Below, piece after piece: positions 14,300 to 26,400 of a DNA stretch of 64,000 nucleotides (positions within the stretch are counted from its first letter, which is position 1; every line of letters starts with the position of its first letter). The notes under the pieces are model-generated. The model did no database searches and was not told where the DNA came from. It saw only the letters and a program-made list of their open reading frames with translations. Location of the stretch: positions 51,336,001-51,400,000 of the forward strand of contig OZ076419.1 in assembly GCA_964187785.1 (NCBI GenBank), written 5' to 3'. The position numbers and the translations under genes are program-made. The stretch is from Amphiscolops sp. MND2022 (taxonomy: Eukaryota).

Positions 14300-17200
14300 A
14301 TCAATTTACCTACAAAGAACCTTCAAAGTTGATCAACTCAGATACGACCCGTCTCTCCTCGCCAATTACAAAAAGATTGCCAAGCAAGTTTACGGAGAAA
14401 AAGCACAAGACATTGTGCAGACGTTCTTTTTCGCGAAATTGCCAAAACAACAACAAAAAGAACAGGCAATTGCAAGAAAACAAAATGCTAGCGTAGAAAT
14501 CAAAACATTCGTTCAGAGGCAACGCCAACATGACCAGAGGAAGGAAATGAAGATAAAACTTCTAAAGCCAGGTCATCCAAATGACTATATTACCGAAAAT
14601 GTGCGCAACATAGCTACCCACTAGTACACTAATAACTATCACTCTCACGCAACTGACCTTCGGGAGGATCATGAAGCCCCAAATACTGCTACCAATCAGG
14701 TGACGACCTATTGAAAACATCCCTCCAACACTCTCCAACCACCGGCGAACACAATACCGCAGACAGCTGAACTAAACTATACAGCCACTACTGCCAATGT
14801 AAACTAAAACAAAAAAAGCTCCAAGGAAAAGGAAAGACCTGACGATTCAACTTCTTAGTGCAACACTATAACAGAACAAGAATGATAGGATGTTGTGCGT
14901 TCCCCTCCAGTTCCGTCCTTACGAAAACCATGACATCCCTGACAAAGGAGCCATCCAAAGAGCAAGTTCAGAGTACGAACTCCGCCGCATCACATCTGCC
15001 CATCCCGTAGCAGCCCTAGAAGAGTACCTAGCAACGGATTCCGAAGTTTAATTTGCAAACGGGAGCCTTTTCAGGGTCCGGAAACAGGCACTATTTCGTT
15101 GCTCCATCGGAGGTAAGGTATTTGAAGAGACGTTCATGATCCTCCCCACACTGGGCAACAAACTGATCGGTATTTCGTTCTTCAACAAGTACTCCGTCGG
15201 ACTTGACCTGGCAAATAATGGTAAAATTGGGACCTGGTAAAATTGGGACAATAACATCGTCACTGGAGGCGAAAATAGTCTAATTCTTGAAACAATGAAA
15301 TTGCCAACCTTAGTCCAGTTCCTCAAGAGGTAAATTGGTTTTGTTTAGTTCTACAGGCAGTACATTCCACGCAGAGAAGAAAACTCACACCACTATACAA
15401 ACTACTCCAAAAGGACGTCAAATTTCAAATGACTCACAACAAAATGACATATTCTTCGAAATCGACGAAAACCTCGCCAAAGCTGCAAAGCTGCCATTAC
15501 GCCTCCTCCTACCCGACAAACAACTTGTGTTAATGTGTGATGCCAGTGAACAGACTGCCTGTTACATACACCCGACAGGGGACTAGGCGGAAAACAACAC
15601 CGCCAGCATGGAATTCCACGCTCCACTTGCTTTCGGCTCTCAGCGATTCACAGAAGGCCAAATGTTCCAAAAGATGCATTCTGTTTTCGATGAAATCGCC
15701 AACCTTGTCAGGGGATCAACCATAGTGATGACAGACAACAAAGCATTTACCACATTCTTACAATCCAAACTGATCCCAACGAAATTGAGGAACTACTGTG
15801 ACCAGGCACTCCAGTTCAACTTCCTCATCGCCCAGGTTTCGGGTACCGCAAATCCCGCCACTGACTACTTGTTACGCCTTAACAAAGCACCCGAGGAACG
15901 AATCCACCGACACAAACTCCACCACGAGATCCCAGTCTACCACGTTGCGAGTGACTTGTCATCCAAAACGACGAAGCAGGACGAGCAAGGAGAGGACTTC
16001 ATACCTGACGATGACGTCACCACCTCAAAACAGACCGATCCCATAAACGACATTCTGGGCCAGGTCCAAAAGGCAACAACGAATCGAGTGAACAGTTTCA
16101 CGAGTGGTTCGAAACCATCCGTCATCAGATCACGCCGATCATCATTGGCCAATATTAAGAGATGAAGAGATCACCAGATTAACACGAAGACATTGTGACA
16201 ACGTGGTAAGCCAGGTATGCCCGAAGGGGATTTTCAAAAAGTCCATGATCAACTTCAAAACTCTGACATTCGACGCTTAGAAATGATTAGAATTTCGAGT
16301 CGAAACGAAACGCCACCTTCTCATGCCAACTTCACCAGTAAGTTTTTTTAAAACTAGTCAAAAACAAGAAAAGACTTGTACAGTAACGTTCTTTACGGTA
16401 CAGGAAAAAGTAAGTGTAAACAGATTGTTGTCCCTCCTGAACGCATCAACCAAATTATTCTGTAGTTTGACAACAACTCTCTGCGGAGACAACTCTCTGC
16501 GGTAGTTGTCAAATGTTACAAGAACTTGCCTACTTGCCTAAGTTATCCGAACTCGGGCTGCAATACATCACCGTTGTCAAGACTGCTTTCGGTCCATAAC
16601 GATCCCGGAAGCCACATTCACACCAACGCTGCAACAAAGTTATAACCCTTGTAACGGTCCTGAAGACAGTACTGGAAACGGTACTGGAAATTGATTTAGA
16701 AGGAGAACTACGACCCTCAAATGGGCTCACACACCTCCTCAACGCCTGCGATTAGTTTTCTAGACATCTTTTCGCAATAAAAATCCGCAAACCGGATACC
16801 AAATCAGTAGTGGATGATCTCATGCAAATTTTCATCCAGCATTCCTACGTACCGAAAACAATAATGATCGACTTTCACATCTCAATTGCTTACGACACTA
16901 TTAGAAACTGCTGGCATCAAAATCGAGCACGCAACTGTAAAGCACGCGCAAACAATCGGAATGGTGGAACGCTCCTCCAAAAATTGAAGCAGATACGCAA
17001 GATCAATGCTTCTGCTGATTCATACGTCAACAAGCTGTTATGCCCAAAACACTACATGCCACCAGGACGAAATGTATGTTCCACGTTCGAATCCCTTTCA
17101 ATGCGCTAGACCTTAAGTTCGGTAACCCGCTCCATGAGCCACGTAACTCTACAGACACCAACGGGATTCTCGACAACATGAACTAGGAATTTTAGGAGAC

Positions 17201-17570
17201 AAGGTCAACACCATATAAGGTCGTGAAAGTCATTTCCACCTCCAATTACATAATACAGAAAGTTGGAACAATCCGCACACAATGTATTCATAACTGCAGC
17301 TCCGCCCATTCACGCCTAACGAGCCAATCATTGATAACGCCGACGACCCTACTCAACACTTCGAAGATCCCGACGCTCTCGATGAGCAGGATCTCTTCGA
17401 TAACCACGTCTCACGGCCGGTAACTGAACAACCACACGAACCAATACCTGATCATTCCGACTCCTGGGAAATTGAAACTGACAACGGTTATATCTATTAT
17501 GACCGACAGCACATAAAACCTGAACGCAACCGAACAATACCTGAAACTCAATCATTCACGCGAGAACAGC
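14300..17570 (+). pseudogene. Second decayed Ty3/Gypsy copy: gag fragment, protease-region fragment, RNase H and integrase relics
   Basis: RNase H motifs LVLMCDASE and IVMTDNKAF...GTANPATDYLLRL. The integrase region 15895-17560 parallels 9460-11150. Frames are disrupted. Confidence 0.75.
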
Positions 17571-20500
17571 GTCCCCGACCTTCTCTCGAAAGACCAAGTG
17601 GTCAAATTTGATAGCGATGGCTCGTATTGGGTCACGTCGGGAATTCTGACAGAAACAGAATAAAACATCAGTTTTCTGATATGAATAGACAAATCGGTGA
17701 GCTAACGAATTTTGTGTTATCCTTAACTGAAAAGATTTCCTCTAACATCAGAGAAGGGAACGACATAAACGTACTCTCTAATGAACCCAGCAGTCGCTCC
17801 GACAATTGGAAACACATTGAGTCTCTTTTAGTCGAAATCACTGAGTGTAAACTTCTTATAAAGGAAGAAATGCTTTTTCCAGAAAACTATTTAGCATAGC
17901 AAAAGCATCCTTTTCGTTTCTGGCCGAAGTGGATCCGAATTATCAAATTCTGGACCCAACAAACTATCCTTTACAGTTTTCCACACATGTTCACGCATGG
18001 AACGCAATGATAGTTCCAGATTCTCCATAGTATACACGGACGAAAGGAAACGTATGGAAACATTACTTTGGAATTGTATGACAACGAATTTTCTTGCTAG
18101 ATCAGGATGCCTACTTGCAAGTATGGAAAACGAATTCAAATTGTGGAATGACTACCAAGTTTCTGGGTTTTCTTCATTTTGATGCAAATACTCGATGACC
18201 CAATCCCCAATTCGTAGGTTACATTGTTGTATTTGGTACTAATTTCGCTAAAAAATTTCGCGTTAGAAGAGCAAATTACTGTACATCTACAAGCTAAATC
18301 GCTACAGACACATTTTTACACTTCTGTGCGTGTAGGCCCTCCGATTCCGCATACATTTCTTAAAGCGTGTAAAATTCGCAATTTAGCACTGGTTTTGCGG
18401 AAACCACGTCCCGGAATTTGGCCTTTTTCAGAATCTGAGGTCATTGCCTAATGCGTTAGCCGGTATTAATTTTGTGGAAACTGGGACCAAAAAGATGCCG
18501 ACGATATATGCCAATATACCAATGGATCGCCGAGCAACCAGCACCATCTTAGCTACCCAATCGAAATATGTCTAATCGTGAAATAACATATTTTTTCAGT
18601 CGCTGAGAAACTTGTTCTTCGAACTTTTGCACCAAGCCAATTGCTGTCTTCGGTGCATTTAATTCAGAAAATGTTCTGAAGCGGCACTCTTCGTCCATGC
18701 ATTGTAATTCCCAAGAAACAAGCAGTTCTCTGTGATACGAGTTTGACAAGGGACCTACTCATTTTCATCTGAGTGGCGATCATGTCATCCAGTTATATGG
18801 ATGCAAAGGGAAAAACCAGATTAAAAATATCTTGTAGCGGACGTCACTTAGGACGTGAAACTTCCACCTCATTGTTTCACAGATTCCAGGCTGCTTTTTT
18901 GAATCCGTGAAGACCCGCTTTTTTGCGAAGATCCGTGAAGTTTCTCGTAACTTTTTGTCATATGTAAATTATCAAAAGTTTTCTTGGTGTTTTTGAAATT
19001 GTTTTCGCCATTTTTAACCTTTTGGTAAGCTGTTTTGGAAAGTGACTTTTTGAACACTTAGCTAGTTGAAAAGCAGCAGTTTGTAATTTAAGGCAGATTT
19101 TATATTTATACTTTTTGTCTTCAAAAAAACACAGAATATAATGTTAATTGGAAATACAAGGCTCTTGGAATATGCTCATAGAATAACTTCATGGCAACAG
19201 AAATATTTAAAAATCGTTTGAATGCTAGTGACAATATCTCTGCAATTTTGGTGAAACCATTTTTAACATATATGGTTTCAGTTACAAGATGAATAAGTTC
19301 AAAAGTGGAAGAAACGTTCCATTATGCATTTTCCCAGTAATCCCATGATTCATCGCCAAAAATAATTCATATAGATTATAAAAATCGGGTGACCAAATTT
19401 GTCATTTGTTTCAGAAATTCTGGTTCGGGATACAAAAATTAATAAAAAGCAAAACATCAACTGTTCAAAACAACCTACTTCGCTCTGATCAGTTCATTTT
19501 ATAGTGTTTTGTAGCATTTATTGGAATACCAATTCCAGATCTTGGACGTCTATTATCCTTTTTTTGAGCAATCATTTAATTCAATTCTTTACTTGAAAGT
19601 GAAAACAGTTTATTTTCTCATGCATCATTTCTGATCGTTCCCTGACATGAAGGGGTTTAATTCGGGGAATTGAACGAACCTTTATCTTTCGAAGAAGCCT
19701 CGATGTTGGCGAACAGTAAGGGTAGTCAAAATTCTGAAATTTGTTGAGCAGAACTGGAAATCCAATTGTTAGAAGCAGTCCACGAGCTACAATAGTGTAT
19801 GAAATATACGAAGCCCTCATTTGTAAATATGAAATGGACCAACACAAAAAGAGCCCTGAATCCTGCTATCATCCACGTTATTAGAAAATGTCGGTCTGGT
19901 TTGTAACTTTTGTCCCTTTAATAGGTACTTCTTTGCTTTCTGAAGACTTTCAACTGTTTTACATCAGGACATTTTGTATTAGCAATTTTCAAAAGGGGTT
20001 TTCTAATATTTCATTTCAATTACTATCTTAATACGTGAGACACAGTTATTGGGGATTCAGTGTTAAAATTGGACTTGTTTCCAATAGAAAAAATATTGAC
20101 AGAATCTGCAAGTTTTGGCAATTGTCTCGATTATTTTCAACACTCAATTTGTCTTTCCAGTTCCTTAGAGTTTTGGGTAAAAACGAGATTGAAAGAAACC
20201 TCCATGTAAATTGCTAGCTTTGTTCAAATTATTTCCTAGAAATTGTTGTTCAATTCTTTTCTTACGCTATTGTAACCTCTAGTTTGCGCTATGACGGGAA
20301 GCCGACTGTAAGCAATGCGTTTTAATGTCTAATGGCTTGTTGTTGCTCTCAGAAATGCGCATATGCTAGCTTCAATTTACTAAAACTACCACGTGTGCAC
20401 ATTTACACATGCAGAATTGCTTTTTGTTACTATGGTTTCATTTTTTGATATAAATTCCAGAGAAAAAAAAACGAACAAACTGAAGCATCACGGAATAAAC

Positions 20501-20716
20501 ACAACGGGAAGCATGGTGAAATAAACAGAACGGCTGTGGAAGAGCGTTCATAATGGCCAAATTTGTGTACAGTGGACTCCGCCTAATTGCACACCCTACG
20601 GTGCATCAAAATTGTGTGCAATTACGCGAAGTGTGCAATTATCCGAAGTGTGAAAAAACAACTTTGCAGGAAAATTGTACATTATCAAAGAGAAAATTGT
20701 TAACACATATTATCAG

Positions 20717-21040
20717 TCACGCAGAAAAGAAGTCCGATATCTTCGCTTGCTTCCTCTTCCGCTTCGTCTCGACTGAATTTTCCAAATAATCCAGCTTTTC
20801 CTGGGAAATCACGTCGCCGGAAAAGTAAACTCGAAGCTTCTCCAGCATGTCCAAAGCTTCTGCGGCCGAAAGCATTGGCATTGGTGCAACATCGTGGTCT
20901 GAATCGTCTTCGTCGACGATTTCAACTTGGTCTTGAACTTCTTGGCAAATTTCATTGTCGGTTAAATCTCCTGAAGACGGAACAGCCGCATCAGCATCCA
21001 CGAAATTTTGAAAGTACTCTTGATTCATTTCCTCTGGTCT
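20717..21040 (-). pseudogene. Out-of-frame acidic C-terminal tail of the Tigger transposase
   Basis: FQNFVDAD...LTDNEICQEV...EDDSD...AAEALDMLEKL...KQAKISDFF is typical of Tigger C-termini. It is in a different frame from the HTH part, and the DDE domain is absent. Confidence 0.75.
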
Positions 21041-21497
21041 CCAGCCATTTCGAAGCGCTTTGCTCATCAGCTGAGGTCTTTTCGCCGTGAAGTTTATGGA
21101 AAATAATATTCCTCCGTTTCTTGAATCTTTCCAGCCACGATGGGTTCGGTACAAAATCCGAATTTATTTGAACCGAAATTTGGTGAGCTTTTTCGAGAAC
21201 CATGGGCCCATGAAGTGGAACGTTTCTAGCCCGCATTTGCGTAAACCAGAGAAAAAGCGCTTCTTCGACTTGCTCTCCAGAAGTTTTGCGGTCGCGCTTT
21301 TTGGAGGTATTTTCATTGTTCTCGATTGCAGCCAAGATTTTCTGTTCGTCTCTTTTAATCCTCGACACACTGCATCTGTCAATTCCAAACTCAACGGCAA
21401 TTTCCGATTGAGTTCTGCCTTTGTGAATTTCGGTCAAAACCGAAAATTTTTGGCCGAGGTTAAGCTCAACCTTTCGTTTTCGACTGCCGCTGCTCAT
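20991..21497 (-). CDS. Truncated Tigger/pogo transposase: psq-type HTH plus CENP-B-type HTH only (168 aa from MSSGSRK)
   Basis: KRKVELNLGQKFSVL...QSEIAVEFGIDRCSVSRIKR and VEEALFLWFTQMRARNVPLHGPMVLEKA...PSWLERFKKR. The frame ends shortly after the deletion junction near 21040. Confidence 0.85.
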   Translation of the reverse strand: MSSGSRKRKVELNLGQKFSVLTEIHKGRTQSEIAVEFGIDRCSVSRIKRDEQKILAAIENNENTSKKRDRKTSGEQVEEALFLWFTQMRARNVPLHGPMVLEKAHQISVQINSDFVPNPSWLERFKKRRNIIFHKLHGEKTSADEQSASKWLETRGNESRVLSKFRGC

Positions 21498-22168
21498 GGC
21501 TAACTGCTGAAGAATGGAATGGTAGCTATTTCTGAGAAATGTGCAAATAGAAAGAGCAAAATGCGGTTTGGGAGAAAATATTTGCGTGCAATTAGCCGGA
21601 GTGTGCAATTACGCGATGTGCAAATATCCGAAGCAAATCAGTTAATAGCGTGGACGGGACGGCAAAATGGTGTGCATATATCCGGAGTGTGCAATTATCC
21701 GGTGTGCAATTAGGCGGAGTCCACTGTATTTGCTATTTCTCAGAAATGCGCATATGCAAGCCTGGATTTAACAAAACTACCGCATGTGCATACTTACACA
21801 ACTGCTGCTTTTTATTGACTCGATTTCTAAACTGTGGTAACCATTTTGAAGGAAAAAACAGTAGTGATATTGTTAGAAGCAACAAAAGGCAAAACTCGCA
21901 ATCGAATATCTATAAAACAGCTGCAATTTTTGAAAACTGATAAAGTGGATGTTTCTTCGATAAAAGTGAAGATTATGCGATGAAAACTATAGAAGTTGCG
22001 ATAGGTCAATTTTAGCCAAATTTAGGTCAAATATGAAGTTTTTCTCAATTTTGGTCTACTTCTGCTCAAAATTTTCCAAACATTTTATGTTCAATAGACC
22101 CCCCTAATTTAATGGAAGCCTCTGATATGTTTTGATTGAGAAATTATTCAACGATTTTGATATATAAC

Positions 22169-22509
22169 CAGGGGTTGTCAAAAATTAATTGGAGAAAAAT
22201 TACAATGGTTACATTTAAACAAGATTTTTATTGCCAACCTCAAACCTGATCCAGAGGTTTTTCAGCGTTTCTGGCCTTGCATACGACGATTTTCGCCAAA
22301 ATATGACACCTATGAACTTAGAAATGCAGCTCTTCTTGAAAACAAACAAACGATTTTGGGACGAAGAACTTGTTTCAAAAGGCTGTGCATAACAAAGATT
22401 AATTGCAATTAATTGCAATTAATTGATTTATTTTTTCTAAAATTAAATTAATTGATTGCAATCTTTGATAATTGATTGTTTCCCAAAAATTAATTTTTGA
22501 CAACCCCTG
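22169..22509. mobile_element. hAT-type MITE (341 bp)
   Basis: 22-bp perfect TIR CAGGGGTTGTCAAAAATTAATT. The 8-bp flanks TATATAAC/AATATAAC match at 7 of 8 positions. Confidence 0.85.
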
Positions 22510-22581
22510 AATATAACCACTTGAAACAAGCTCATACTAATACAATTCACAATATTTTCGGGCAAAAAATTACATTGACAG

Positions 22582-23409
22582 CCCAGGTTTTCGATCTTTG
22601 AGAATCTGTGCAGATCTGCAGGATTTTTTCTGCAGGGTTCTGCAAAGATCGTTGCACTGAATCTTGAAGATCCATACAGATCTGCAAGATCTTTACAGAA
22701 GTGTGCAGATTTTCTTTAAAGATTTCGCAGAAATATGTTTTTCTTCAGCTTCTAAGGAACCAATATACTGCATTTTTGGACTTCTTCAACTAGTTTATCG
22801 AGTATTTTAGCTGACCTAGGGTCAGTCAGTTGAAACTCTTCATCACATCACTCAAAATTCTCGAGAAGGAAAATTTGTCCCCATAACTAATTTTGGTGTC
22901 TGGGGAATATTTGTCATTGGTCATACACTTATTTATCTATTTCACTCGAACTTTTCAGAAGTGGTTGTTCAATTTTGAGAGGCTCGTCTGCCATATTGAC
23001 TTCGTTGTGACGGATGAAATTTGACATGTGACAACGTTCCGGGTTGGTAGATGTGTTGATAAAGTGTTATTGTTGTAATTGTTCGGGAACATTGTTTTTT
23101 GGAATAATGTAATTGCTAGTTACTCGGAATACGTTATAGTAATTTATTGGTCATTGTTTGGCTTTGTAAAGATCTGTAAAGATCTGTAATCTCTACAGAT
23201 CTGTACAGATTGCTACAGAAAAATGTTTCATAATTTTGACTTAAATGAGACTTCTCTCCAGTTTTAAACATTTTTATTATTCGTCTGACATCGCTGTAGG
23301 GTTCTTATTGTGTTTCTGAGAATGTCAGTTTTTTTCGAATCTGCACATATCTGCAAAGATCTGCAAAATTCCTGCAGATCTGTAGATTCGCAAAGATCGA
23401 AAACCTGGG
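22582..23409. mobile_element. Non-autonomous CMC/EnSpm-like element with subterminal GATCTGCA-type arrays
   Basis: TIR CCCAGGTTTTCGATCTTTG... at both ends, about 45 bp and imperfect. 2-bp flanks AG/AG. agatctgca/agatctgta repeats lie near both ends. Confidence 0.75.
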
Positions 23410-26400
23410 AGACCCGAAATGCTTGGGAAAATTTTTCTGTCAAAATTGTTTTGAAACCAAAAAAATGTAAGGTGGTCAAAATTTCAAAAAAAAACACTTT
23501 AAAAATGATGTTTTGGGAATCGTTTTCGACCAATGAAATAGGCGCGTGAGTCTTTCTTTAGCCAATGAGATAAGCTAATTTGCTCTCTTTCCGCGTGCTT
23601 TGTTGCTTTTAATCATATCACGTCGTTAAGTACGAACAGACAAATGATGAAAAAAACACTAGATGCGGAAGGGTGTTTATAATGTCTAACAGCCTGGATT
23701 TCCCTGTTTTTATCTGACATTTGTTCATCCCAAGTTTCTTGATATGAAAACACGTTGACATCAAAAACATTTTGGACGTCATGAAATGACTGATTTAGTT
23801 TCATAAATGGTCACTGTATGTCTTTTTTTGTTTTTTTGAAGATCATTGTATGAACTGATTTGTCCAAACGGTCATTGTGAAACTTGCACGTTTTCCATGG
23901 AAGGTAATAGTAGAATTGATTTTCTTTTTTTTGAATAAAACAGAACTGAAAACTTCTCGAATAGTGATGTCTCTGACGGGAAGAGCAAAGTGTGGAACCA
24001 GAGATAACTCGACTTTCGCTATCAGAAACTGATACATTTGAAACCATTACCTGTTCAACTTTTTATTACCTTAGCATTGATGTGATTGCTCATTGACTAC
24101 TTGGTGCTATTTTGCAATGTATGCAAATTTTAGTAGAAGGGTGATACTATCATCACTGATTTTATTCCTCTTGAATGCCTGACCTGTTTCCATACACCAA
24201 CACAAATACCTAGTTTTCTAGATGTTGTTTTTATGGAGATCAACACCGGTTCTTGATTTCCTAAAGAAATGCAAATACAAACCTGTTTTTACCAAACCCA
24301 CTGCGTGTGCATATTTTCACATCATTGGCTAATTTTCGTTATTCTGAATAAGTTTTCCAATTGCAGATTCAAATGAAGAAACGCACAAACGAAACAATCT
24401 TGGAACAAGGGGAACCGATGGGGAAGAGCTTTATTATTGGCTGAATGCCTACATTTGATGTTTCTTTAAAACAACCACATGTATGCCAGCATTTTCCAAA
24501 ACCACCGAGCTCTCACATTCAGACAACAGCTACTTTATGTTATTCTACTTTTTTTGAAGGTACATGTTTTGAATAAACATACGAACAAACGGAAAACATG
24601 CTAAACAAACGTAAAAATACGAAGAACGCAACAATTGAGGAAAAGGTGGGATAATACAATTCTTCTCGATGGAAGTTGATGGAAGTTGCTTTCCAAAACT
24701 TGCTTTCCAAAAAAGATGGCTTCAAATTGACTCTACCAAAAGTAAGACCAAATCTCGTGTATCTAAGCTCAATTCTTTGATGCTTTCATGATGATGAACT
24801 TCACACTAGAAAACAATCAAAAACTTCAAATCAGAAAACAATTCCAAATAGTTATGGCAAAAAAATGCGTCGCGATTGGTATCGGGTTTCTTTCGGAGAT
24901 AAGAAACGCGTACCTGTCAAAGGTTGGAAAAAACATGAAAAGTACGATCCAGTCACAAAAACCAGATGACAGAAAAAGGAATTTCATCTTGAAGAACTAG
25001 ATTAAAAACGAACAACAATTTGTAGTTCAGGCAAATACAACAAATTTCGGGAAATTAAAGTAGGAAGTCATATCACATGGGCTAATATCGACTCCAAGGA
25101 TATGTTTCTTCAGAGCTGTCTTTTATAACAATGGATTTTCATTTTGGGGAAAAAACCATGGGAAGAGGAAGGGTCGCGAGCTTTGAGCACCACAAAAGAC
25201 TCACAACGGTCCGCAAAGTTTCGATCTGAAAAGACTGAGTGCCCCTGTGAATGAAAGTCTTTCGGACATTCGTCGAGGAGTTGCCATTTTTGGAAAACCT
25301 TTTTTAGTTTGAATTTCAGTCAATTTCGAGTCAATTGACTTGATTTTACCTGAAGATGCGCCTTTGCTGAAATCAGAACAGAAACCTAAAGTACTTGTTT
25401 GTTGTTAGTATGTTAAATTGTTGGTATGTGTGAAAAAAAGAAGGAGAGCTTATACAATTTTAAAGCAGGTGATAGAGTTCGGATAAAAATGTTCTGGTGT
25501 GGTTTTAATATATATGGATAGATGAGTTTAAGTTTGAAGGGTATTGCATTACTTTTCTTCTGGTGATTTCTTCTTTTTCACTTTTCTTTAGTTCGAGCAG
25601 ATTTTGAAAAAAAAAACAGGAAATGAACAGTGGTGAATAGGAAGCGAGTGACTTTGAAGTACCAGAAAGCTGATGACAAAATCTCAGTTGAATATTGGTA
25701 GTACGTGTCCCTGTTGACAAACATGAGCAAGGGACGAACGAAGATTCTTACTTTTCATGTCAACTTAAGCGTTCATCGTGACGTCATTTTTGAAAAACAA
25801 AATCAGAATTGGCATTTGAAAGCTTCAGTGGCAAGTTGGCGGCGAGATCAAAGTTCAGAAATATGAGTTAAGGAATTTGACTTCGCGGATTGACTTGTTA
25901 TGGTTCAGAAAACGTTCGTATCTAGCGGGTGTTTTAAAAAGATGCTTTTGATCATTGACAGAAAATATTGAGATGAGTCATTGGATTGACAATTATCGTG
26001 AAAGGTGAGTAGATATCTAATCTAACTAGGAGAGTCAAGAAAGTAGGGTGTCATTTGTAGAACCGAAGTTATTGAGGAGTAAAGTTAAAAATTATTTAGG
26101 AGTCTAGGTGAAAAAAGGCGGTTGTATTGAAAAAAAAACATGTTTATTTGGAAGAGAAATTTTTGAAAGAAGTGGAAAATACCATGTTGAACTGAAAAAG
26201 GCGATAAAAAATTAAAACAGTTGAAAGTTAAATAAGTTCTGCAGAATCGATATTATAGCATAATAAAACAGCATCAAAATCGTACTTTTATGAAAGTTTT
26301 ACAGTTCTGTGAAAAGAAATGGCAGTAAAAGAAAATTTTTTATAAGAGAAAAAAATTAGGACAGAGTTAAAACGAGGGGGAAATTGCAATGTAGGAGACA

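Larger units (their letters stand above)
20570..21726 (-). mobile_element. pogo/Tigger-family DNA transposon, internally deleted (1,157 bp)
   Basis: Perfect 26-bp TIRs CAGTGGACTCCGCCTAATTGCACACC, with a TA target-site duplication at 20568-20569 and 21727-21728. It carries transposase N- and C-terminal pieces. Confidence 0.93.

Noticed and set aside
17810-18800. Possible BEL/Pao integrase relic
   Set aside because: Only faint resemblance (EVD..ILD, SNC..KF) across many stops, and no diagnostic motif is intact.
20340-21820. About 90-bp diverged direct repeats on either side of the Tigger element
   Set aside because: They are not at the insertion junction and identity is low. They are most simply two copies of a small dispersed repeat.
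23530-23566. Two CCAAT boxes 32 bp apart (NF-Y-like spacing)
   Set aside because: No adjacent gene is supported, and such pairs are common in transposon ends.
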